29,953 nt of DNA, taken from assembly GCA_900317215.1 (NCBI GenBank), contig ONFW01000107.1, positions 1 through 29,953 of the forward strand, written 5' to 3'. The DNA comes from an uncultured Eubacteriales bacterium (GTDB lineage Bacteria; Bacillota; Clostridia; Oscillospirales; Acutalibacteraceae). The position numbers and the translations under genes were made by a program. Shown one piece after another: positions 1 through 7,210 of this stretch (position 1 is its first letter; each line of letters opens with the position of its first letter). The notes under the pieces are model-generated. The model saw only the letters and a program-made list of their open reading frames with translations, was not told the origin of the DNA and did not search any database.

Positions 1-3000
1 TATTAAATTACCGTCGCTGTCTGTCTTGGAAAGAGTGATATAGTCATTAATGCGGACGTTTACAACAAAGCCCGTGTTATTCTGAGTAGCCTTGTATGCA
101 GGCGTCTCCCCTGCAGCCTCGTTTCCCTCCTCTATCGTTCCGGTGATCTTATTGAGGGGCTCATCGCCGGCATCAAGGAACTGATCCTCTGACATTGTAC
201 CGTCAGCATTCGCCTTATGGTATTCAGTTTCGTTTGCTACGTATTTTCTTTGAAGCTGATCCGATAGAGCGTCCTCAGTCACCTCAAAATTCGTGCCTAT
301 TGGGATACCGTTGATAACGGCGGTCTTTCCCGCCTTCATCGAGAATTTTCCCCCGGCGGTGAGCTTAGTCACTGTACCGTCGATCACTATGTCGATATCC
401 GAGTAGTCCGATACGTTATTGCCGGCAACGCCGAAAACATCGGTCAGCCTGACCGTGAACGTAAACTCATCGTTCGGGTCGGCAGGGACATTATTCATGA
501 GCGTCTTGGTTATGCTGAGAGCGCCGACTTTTGGAGTGTTGGTAAAGATCTCTGTCATGAACACTGCAAGAGAAGGATCGGAAATATCCTCACTGTGTGC
601 AAAGTTGAACAGCGTTGTGAAATTCGTTCCTGCTGCCGGCGGAGTATCTGAGCTTCCGTTGAAGGCTGCATCATGGGATTCACGATCCTTTAAGGACACA
701 GTGGAATTATAATATCCGCTGACAGTTCTTGCAGAGGCAGAATCAAGAGCAGCCACGGGAGCAGCCGATCTGTCAGGGGTCGTCAGTGCATCATACTGAA
801 TGACCTCCATAACTGACTGCGCCGCAGTCTCATGATTTTTGAACTGATGCTCAAACTCCGCCGAGGATTCTCTGCCCGCAGTGCCGTACATAAGACTAAA
901 ACGTCCTTCGCCGTCGGTCTTGTTTGTCATGCCGGCAATATCGTCATTATTACCTCCGGAAAGAGCCGCCTGCTCATCTTCCCACAGATAGTTGGTGTTT
1001 GATACTGCGTGTTTGACGTTAGCGTTTGTTCCCGGAGTAGAATTATTGTTCTCATAGTGTATCTGTATATATCGATACAGTCCGCTGACACTGCTGTCCA
1101 TACCAAGTGAGCTCACAGAGGTGCTGCTGTCTCCCCAGTCGGTTATAAGAAAGAGCCTGCCTTTTCTCAGCGTAAATACAATACCGTCCTGCAATCGTCC
1201 GGAGGTACGGTTCCAGACATAATCCTCTGCTCCCGGGTAGGTCTGACCTACATAGTCCTCTCTGTCAAGAGGGAAGCCGGCATCGTTTGTTTCATAAGCG
1301 CCCGGTCTCATGCGAAGGAAGATGACGTTTGTCGCAGTGACAGGAAAACCGCTGAATTTGTATACATGACCCCTTTGGGGATCGTTGACCTTTTCTCCGA
1401 TAAACAGGGTGCCTGTGAACCCGGGCGTCCATATCCATGCAGCAATAACTGCGTTGTTAGAGTCCCAGTCTGAGCTGCTGTTCGGTATATCGACATTCAG
1501 AAACAGAGCGTTGATGTCTCCCACATTATCATAGGTGTAATCTCTTCCGGTCAGCTTTGTGGAGCCGTTACCCAGATCGCTCCTGTTGTATGTATCGTAT
1601 GTGGGGTATAGAATACCGCTGTCAGATACATAATCATTTGTCGTGCCTGTGTTTGATATTTTATATCTGAAGACATCATTATCGGCAGCCTTTTTTGTCT
1701 GACTCAGCAGACCGGTATTCACCGGTGTGAAATCGGTGACCTCCTGGACCTTCATCTTTGTAAAGTTTGCCTCGATCGCATAGTTGAAGCGGATAAGCAG
1801 GTTGGATTCATACATGCCTCGTTCCATATAGAATATGGTCATCTTATGAGTTATTGAAGGCACATAATTACCGTTGCTGTCAAAGCTTCCTGCCCTGAGC
1901 TTGCTTTTGAAGTCATTTCCCTCAACATCGAGATGAGTTATACCCGAAGGATTGAGATTGTCGCTTCCGCCCTGCCCGAATTCGATAGCACTGTTGACCG
2001 TTGCCTTTTTGTCGGCAAAGTCTATAAGCCCGGATGACTGACCGTGAGCGCCGCCCATGTCAAGAACGAGATTGCCGTCTATGAAGACCCAGAGATCATC
2101 GTCACCGGAAAACTCGAACATCGTGTGTATCCTGTCTGCGCCTGTTTCAAGCGCAGTGCCGTCAGCGTCGAGAGCATTGACACAGCCGTCGCTCTGTAGC
2201 TTGAATTCCATTTCAAATTTGGCTCCGAGACCGCAGTGGTTGTTTTCACCGTTTGAATTAAGCTCATCAAACGGGAAGAAGCCCGCATGACCTCCGCCGT
2301 TTATCTTGGAGGATTTTTCCTGGAAGTAATTTCCGTTCTTGTTGAAATAGAGGTTTACATCCTCAGAGTTGAACTGATAGAATCTTGCCTTCTGAGATGA
2401 GCTTGACGATGAGTTTCCCTTTACGTCCTTTGCGTCTGCAAGTATCTCATAGAACGGGAAAACGATATCCTTTCCGTCGGAATCCGTCTCATAGTATTTC
2501 ATTACATCCCTGCCAAGATCCTTATGACTGTCGGCCCATGCGGAGCTGAAATACGGAAGCTCAATACCGTTCTGAGTAAGTGCGCCGCCTGCTCCGAGCT
2601 GATCGTCAACAAGATTTTGCACAGAGGCGTGAGTATCGTTTCTGAGAGCAAGATTAGCCTGCCAGAAGAAATTATTGTAATCAGGCTTATTGCCCGAGGT
2701 GTATTGATCGGCGTCATGCACAAAGAAGCCGAAATACAGCGGGGTCGTATATTCACAGCTCGTTATGCTGTCGGCTATTCCGTCAACAAAGCCTGTCCCG
2801 TAGGACTGAAGATCATTTGAATGGAAGCAATGGCATAATCCTTTTCGTATTTGAAATTCATCCTGCCAGCCCGAGGCTGAGTTGTGAACGTATTTTTCGG
2901 TACCGTCCGCAGCTATGACCCTGAAATTGATACGATAGATCTCATTATTGCTCAGACGTGCGGATATGTTGTTATATGTGTCGGTAAAGGTATACTGATA

Positions 3001-3561
3001 TATCTTGCCCTCAAGCGAGGAATAGCTGAGCTCATAATTCATATTCAGATATCCTGAATAAATATTCCAGTCATTTGCTAAAAACTGTACCTGAGCCGAG
3101 CGTATAATCTGGTTCGTCCTGAACTGTATAGTAACATTATTGGCTACCGCCGAGATCAAGCCGCCGCCCTCTGATATCTGGGCATTGAGCTTTGTGAACG
3201 GGTCGGTAAAGCCGCCGGCAACGGAAGAATCCGGAACAGCACTGTTAAGTATAACCTCCGCATCGGAAAGATAATCATACATATCCACCTTTGAATTCTT
3301 GATCTTGCCTGTATATTTATAGCTGAAATCGGCATTATCTGTTTTGGTAACACCTGAGCCTGCGTGCTTTGTGCTGTACTCAGTATTGGTGTTGACAAGG
3401 GAACTTACCCTTGTGTTCAGTCTGACGTCCACGCCCCTGACAGTTATGTTGATATTTGCAAAGCTCTGCGACAGCACAAGAGCGAGCATAAGAAATGCCA
3501 TAAAAACAGAGAGAGCTTTTATTCTCCTTGAATTCCGGCGTATATCAGTGCTTTTGTTCAT
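1..3561 (-). CDS. Large secreted surface protein with fibro-slime domain, putative CBM26-like modules and Ig/Cna-like repeats (3' end lies outside the window)
   Basis: Translated by hand. ATG at 3561 follows the SD AGGAGAG, and the frame reads open to base 1 (>=1187 aa; frame checked at 3561, 2121 and 1). Signal peptide MNKSTDIRRNSRRIKALSVFMAFLMLALVLSQSFA. Fibro-slime motifs FEFSGDDDLWVFIDGNLVLDMGGAHG and IFYMERG. Later LSITKT...FTFTVRL...GIPIGTNFEVTE and ITLSKTD resemble Ig/pilin-like repeats. Probably missing from the ORF track because it has no stop in the window. Confidence 0.85.
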   Translation of the reverse strand, partial: MNKSTDIRRNSRRIKALSVFMAFLMLALVLSQSFANINITVRGVDVRLNTRVSSLVNTNTEYSTKHAGSGVTKTDNADFSYKYTGKIKNSKVDMYDYLSDAEVILNSAVPDSSVAGGFTDPFTKLNAQISEGGGLISAVANNVTIQFRTNQIIRSAQVQFLANDWNIYSGYLNMNYELSYSSLEGKIYQYTFTDTYNNISARLSNNEIYRINFRVIAADGTEKYVHNSASGWQDEFQIRKGLCHCFHSNDLQSYGTGFVDGIADSITSCEYTTPLYFGFFVHDADQYTSGNKPDYNNFFWQANLALRNDTHASVQNLVDDQLGAGGALTQNGIELPYFSSAWADSHKDLGRDVMKYYETDSDGKDIVFPFYEILADAKDVKGNSSSSSSQKARFYQFNSEDVNLYFNKNGNYFQEKSSKINGGGHAGFFPFDELNSNGENNHCGLGAKFEMEFKLQSDGCVNALDADGTALETGADRIHTMFEFSGDDDLWVFIDGNLVLDMGGAHGQSSGLIDFADKKATVNSAIEFGQGGSDNLNPSGITHLDVEGNDFKSKLRAGSFDSNGNYVPSITHKMTIFYMERGMYESNLLIRFNYAIEANFTKMKVQEVTDFTPVNTGLLSQTKKAADNDVFRYKISNTGTTNDYVSDSGILYPTYDTYNRSDLGNGSTKLTGRDYTYDNVGDINALFLNVDIPNSSSDWDSNNAVIAAWIWTPGFTGTLFIGEKVNDPQRGHVYKFSGFPVTATNVIFLRMRPGAYETNDAGFPLDREDYVGQTYPGAEDYVWNRTSGRLQDGIVFTLRKGRLFLITDWGDSSTSVSSLGMDSSVSGLYRYIQIHYENNNSTPGTNANVKHAVSNTNYLWEDEQAALSGGNNDDIAGMTNKTDGEGRFSLMYGTAGRESSAEFEHQFKNHETAAQSVMEVIQYDALTTPDRSAAPVAALDSASARTVSGYYNSTVSLKDRESHDAAFNGSSDTPPAAGTNFTTLFNFAHSEDISDPSLAVFMTEIFTNTPKVGALSITKTLMNNVPADPNDEFTFTVRLTDVFGVAGNNVSDYSDIDIVIDGTVTKLTAGGKFSMKAGKTAVINGIPIGTNFEVTEDALSDQLQRKYVANETEYHKANADGTMSEDQFLDAGDEPLNKITGTIEEGNEAAGETPAYKATQNNTGFVVNVRINDYITLSKTDSDGNLI

Positions 3562-3698
3562 TGTATATCTCTCCTAATCGTGTAATATGATATGATCCCT
3601 GCATAGGATCACGATATATTCTAAAACGGGGGGCCGCCTTCCTGAAATAACAAATACTCAGATAGAACAGCCTAAAATCAGACATTTATACATATATT

Positions 3699-3727
3699 AT
3701 AGTATCATTTTTTACCCATATAGTCAA
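3699..3727 (-). promoter_or_regulatory. Sigma-A promoter for the fibro-slime gene
   Basis: Minus strand TTGACT-17 nt-TACTAT with an extended TG. Confidence 0.65.
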
Positions 3728-4040
3728 TAATTTTTTGTTATTTTTACCATAAAGAGCTTATTTTTTACATTTCACTCAAGAGCAATGAGAAGATATCACA
3801 CAAGACATAAATGCCTGTTTTAAAGGCGCAAACAACACTTCTCCTCACTATGCTGTTTTGCACCTCATATCATTTTCACAACAGAGCGGTCATGCTCTGT
3901 GAATTTCAGAAACACCGCACTGCACTAAGGCTCCTGACCGTTGCATTCTCCATGAAAAATCAAAAACATATATTGCATCAAATGATGACCGATCTGTTAT
4001 GGACCGGAACTATTTTTTGAAAAAAATAGAGATTTCTCTA

Positions 4041-4069
4041 TTGTAAACCACTCATAAAAACTGTATAAT
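4041..4069 (+). promoter_or_regulatory. Sigma-A promoter for the lipoprotein/TPM genes
   Basis: TTGTAA-17 nt-TATAAT, 27 nt upstream of the ATG at 4097. Confidence 0.7.
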
Positions 4070-4096
4070 AAACGGGTAATAGAAATTAAGGATGTC

Positions 4097-4543
4097 ATGC
4101 ACATGAAGATCAAACGTATAACTGCAGCGGTGCTGCTTTCCGCTCTGGTCATTTTTTCATTTGCCGCAGGAGGCTGTTCATCGAAAAAAACCGAGGCAAG
4201 CATTAGTGGATCCGGTCAGACAGAAACCGACCCGTCCCTCTTCGGCACATGGATCAACGATGATGTGACCGAGCGCTTGTTTTTAACATACACTTTCAAC
4301 AGCGATAACACCGGAATCCGAGCTGCGAAAGTCAATCCGGACTATGCAGACCATTTTATAAACATTCGGGAAGTTGAAGAAGAATCGGATTTTACTTATG
4401 AGTTCGTCAAAGGTGGTATTAATCTGAGGTTTCCGGGCGGCGGCTATCTTAATTTTGATTACATCGTCTCAGGTGATACTCTGAAGCTTAGCGAACGCTA
4501 CAAGAATGAATACAAAACCTACAGAAGAGCCGCCTCAGACTGA
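4097..4543 (+). CDS. Putative lipoprotein, small beta-rich extracellular domain
   Basis: Basic N-terminus, hydrophobic stretch and lipobox-like AAGG-C. Mature part contains LFGTW...YTFNSDNTG...FTYE...DTLKL. The start could be 4097 or 4103. Confidence 0.75.
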   Translation: MHMKIKRITAAVLLSALVIFSFAAGGCSSKKTEASISGSGQTETDPSLFGTWINDDVTERLFLTYTFNSDNTGIRAAKVNPDYADHFINIREVEEESDFTYEFVKGGINLRFPGGGYLNFDYIVSGDTLKLSERYKNEYKTYRRAASD

Positions 4544-4610
4544 AGCATAACAGGCTTATCGCAGCCTGAGGGAGCTGTAAACGGCTTTTGCACTACAGTA
4601 CAGAAAAGGA

Positions 4611-5603
4611 GTGGTACATATCAAACGCAGAATAGTCATTTCTTTTTTTATCCTTTGTCTTTTTTGCATATTCAGCATAACGGCTTATGCTGCAGACCCC
4701 GTTATCCCGAGGACCTCATTTGATTACAAGGGAACAGACGTCGTTGCATCGGCAAGCACCCCATATAGATCAGAGAAAGCATATTTCAAGGACGAGGCCG
4801 AGGTGCTTACAAAAGCTCAGGAGAAGAGCATCTGGGAGAGGATACAGGCAGCCGCAGATACCATGGATATCAAGATCGCCTTTTTTATCGGCGGCAACTA
4901 CAGGACCGATCCTGAGACCGAGGCATTCACATACAACTGTGCCTCCGCTGTATTCGGAGTGAACTCTGACTCTTTGTTCATTTATATAGACTTTGAGGGC
5001 TATTCTCCCGCTTATGATTATGTCAGGGCGCTGAATAAGGCTCAGAATGTCTTTACCGAAACAGCAAGAAACAAGATCCTGCAGGCAATGTACCAGTCTC
5101 TTCCCCAAAGCAGCGAGCCTGTATATTCCGATAATGTGAACAGGGCGCTTCTGCAGGGTATTGACGAGGTCAGTATTCAGTACAGGAGCGGAAATGCTCC
5201 TGCGCCTTCAACGGTAAGCAATATGGCAAGACAGCAGCAGCCTCCGCCGCAAGCCTCTGAGGAGCAGGGCTTTCTCGGAATATCCACAACAATGTGGATA
5301 GGAATAGGCATTTTTATCGCAGTTGTTGTAGTCATTTCCTTCATTTCCCGTCTTTTCAGAAGGATAGTGCCTCGTCGGTCATCAGGCTCATATTACAACG
5401 GCGGCAGCAGCTACTATGGCGACAACAATTATTACAGGCGCAGCGGGACCTACTACGGCAGTTATCACCACAGCAGACCTCCCCGCAGACCCCCGCCGCC
5501 TCCGCATCACAGCTCACCTCCCCGCAGCTCACCTCCACGTAGTTCACCTCCCTCCTCACGCCCCTCCGGACCGAGCAGCTCGGGCAGCGGACATCACAGA
5601 TAA
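4611..5603 (+). CDS. TPM-domain (DUF477-like) membrane protein with a Pro/Ser/His-rich C-terminal tail
   Basis: Signal peptide ending TAYA. TPM-like segment DEAEVLTKAQEKSIWERIQAAADTMDIKIAFF...LFIYID. One TM helix (MWIGIGIFIAVVVVISFI) and a low-complexity tail. The exact start is uncertain (see findings). Confidence 0.75.
   Translation: MVHIKRRIVISFFILCLFCIFSITAYAADPVIPRTSFDYKGTDVVASASTPYRSEKAYFKDEAEVLTKAQEKSIWERIQAAADTMDIKIAFFIGGNYRTDPETEAFTYNCASAVFGVNSDSLFIYIDFEGYSPAYDYVRALNKAQNVFTETARNKILQAMYQSLPQSSEPVYSDNVNRALLQGIDEVSIQYRSGNAPAPSTVSNMARQQQPPPQASEEQGFLGISTTMWIGIGIFIAVVVVISFISRLFRRIVPRRSSGSYYNGGSSYYGDNNYYRRSGTYYGSYHHSRPPRRPPPPPHHSSPPRSSPPRSSPPSSRPSGPSSSGSGHHR
5511..5555 (+). repeat. Three in-frame 15-bp tandem repeats encoding SSPPR/SSPPR/SSPPS
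   Basis: agctcacctccccgc / agctcacctccacgt / agttcacctccctcc. Confidence 0.85.
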
Positions 5604-5608
5604 AACAA

Positions 5609-5642
5609 GACCGCCGGTCACAGCGACCGACGGCCTTTTTTT
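5609..5642. terminator. Intrinsic terminator, probably bidirectional, between the convergent TPM and phosphorylase genes
   Basis: Stem ccgccggtc-acagc-gaccgacgg followed by T7 on the plus strand. The minus-strand side is followed by U-rich tcttgtttt. Confidence 0.75.
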
Positions 5643-5712
5643 GCAGAGACTCCGGGCATCAAAGCCGGCTCATAATTTGTAAATCAGAGAACACCTCTGC
5701 AGGAGCGTTATT

Positions 5713-6465
5713 TCAGCGGGAAAGCGCCTTTATGAGCTTTAGGGCAACTAAAAATTTATCAAGTGAATGATTTGCCTTATCAAGTCCTTCCATAGTATAC
5801 TCATCTGCGTCAAGAACGTCTCCGGTGACGAGAAAATCGTAAAGCTCTATCCCGTAATGATCGCAGACAGCCTGAGCTCCGGCAAGCTCCATTTCAACGG
5901 CGATACAGCCCTCGCCTTTTCTTTTTTCAACGGCGGAAGGTGTTTCCCTGTATATCCCGTCAGTCGTCCATACTCTGCCGCACACGTATGGCAGCCCAAG
6001 CTCTGCGAACATTTCAGCCATTCTGCCGCTGTTGCTTATTTCAATATAGTCAGAGGGCGGCGCATAATGGTAGGAAAGCCCCTCGTCACGATATGCATGA
6101 GTAGGAACGACATATTTTCCGTCAGTGGCGCTGTGGTCAAGGGCGCCTGCAGAGCCGAACATTATCAGCCTGCTGAAGCCTGTCTGCCATTGCAGCTCTA
6201 TTATATTTGCTCCCGCAAGGCACGAGCCCATAAGAGACATATACAATAATACCTTCACTCCATTGATATCAAGCAGGTAAGCAGGTCTGAACCCGTTTGC
6301 AGAGCTTATTCCTGCCACCTCCTCATGAGGGTACTTTTCGAGAACTGCGGATAATATCTCATGTGAAAAGGTAGCTATCGCAAAATCGCAGATATGCTTT
6401 CTTTCACCGAAAAAAGCTCCCGGGGTGAAAAGAGCTTCCTCCTTGCTGAACGCATCGGTTATCAT
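5713..6465 (-). CDS. Nucleoside phosphorylase (PNP_UDP_1 / uridine phosphorylase-like)
   Basis: LIMFGSAGAL, VVPTHAYRDEGLSYHY, GRVWTTDGIYRET and AVEMELAG are typical NP-I family motifs. 250 aa. Confidence 0.88.
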   Translation of the reverse strand: MITDAFSKEEALFTPGAFFGERKHICDFAIATFSHEILSAVLEKYPHEEVAGISSANGFRPAYLLDINGVKVLLYMSLMGSCLAGANIIELQWQTGFSRLIMFGSAGALDHSATDGKYVVPTHAYRDEGLSYHYAPPSDYIEISNSGRMAEMFAELGLPYVCGRVWTTDGIYRETPSAVEKRKGEGCIAVEMELAGAQAVCDHYGIELYDFLVTGDVLDADEYTMEGLDKANHSLDKFLVALKLIKALSR

Positions 6466-7178
6466 CGGTTATCAACACTCCTTCGTTTTTTTGCGGCGCC
6501 TCTGTCAGTGAGGATAAAGCTTCTCTCAACAAGTGTCATCAGCTCATCATCTGTCAGGCTCCCGTCAAGAAGCGCCGATATCCACTGCTTATGATTCATG
6601 TGATATGCAGGATAAATCCCTTCACTTACCGAAGCGGCCTCCCTGTCTGCAGGGTCTGCCTTAAGATTGATTATATCCACTGTATCGCTGCCGCCGTTTT
6701 TTATCAGAACGCTGCGCCTGACGTTCATTATCAGCGCAAACCATTTTCCCGAGTCCTTATGCCTGAACACCGCTCCGCTTTTATAAGCTCCTCCGTCCCA
6801 TGGAAAATCCGGACAGACAGCGTATTTTTCAAATATAAGCCCTGCTATCCTCTCGGACTGACTGCAGGCAAATGGAACGTCCCTGCAGCAGCTATCCGCA
6901 ATTTTGCAGAGCAGCTCCTCGTATGCCGCTCTCACAGAGCTTACATAGGCTCCGCAGAAGTCCTCCATGCGAAGCGCAGCGTATTCCTCGCCGTTCATCA
7001 TATCCTCCACGCCGGCCGTGAGCCTGCCGTCATGAGAGACTGTGAGCAGAACATGAAAGTCTCCGTTCATTATGTCGGCAGAGTATTCATAGCCCTTATC
7101 GGTGACCGCAAAGCCATATTCCAGCATAGCCCCGGCATCAAAACGCTTGTATCCGAATATCTTTTCCTCAATAGTCAT
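6462..7178 (-). CDS. MmcQ/YjbR family DNA-binding protein with an N-terminal extension
   Basis: PDFPWD...AVFRHKDSGKWFALIM...INLK...IYPAYHMNHKQWISALLDGSLTDDELMTLVERSF. Start moved from 7196 to the ATG at 7178, which follows GGTGGAAGG. Overlaps the next gene by 4 nt. Confidence 0.85.
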   Translation of the reverse strand: MTIEEKIFGYKRFDAGAMLEYGFAVTDKGYEYSADIMNGDFHVLLTVSHDGRLTAGVEDMMNGEEYAALRMEDFCGAYVSSVRAAYEELLCKIADSCCRDVPFACSQSERIAGLIFEKYAVCPDFPWDGGAYKSGAVFRHKDSGKWFALIMNVRRSVLIKNGGSDTVDIINLKADPADREAASVSEGIYPAYHMNHKQWISALLDGSLTDDELMTLVERSFILTDRGAAKKRRSVDNR

Positions 7179-7210
7179 AGCCTTCCACCAAAGCACTTAT
7201 ACAGCCAAGC

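Noticed and set aside
419-3577. Short ORFs listed in the track within 419-3577
   Set aside because: All lie inside or opposite the single long fibro-slime frame.
3740-4020. 69-aa ORF (3811-4020) and a hairpin at about 3880-3909 in the divergent intergenic region
   Set aside because: The ORF has no SD or motif. The single hairpin lacks a convincing promoter or terminator.
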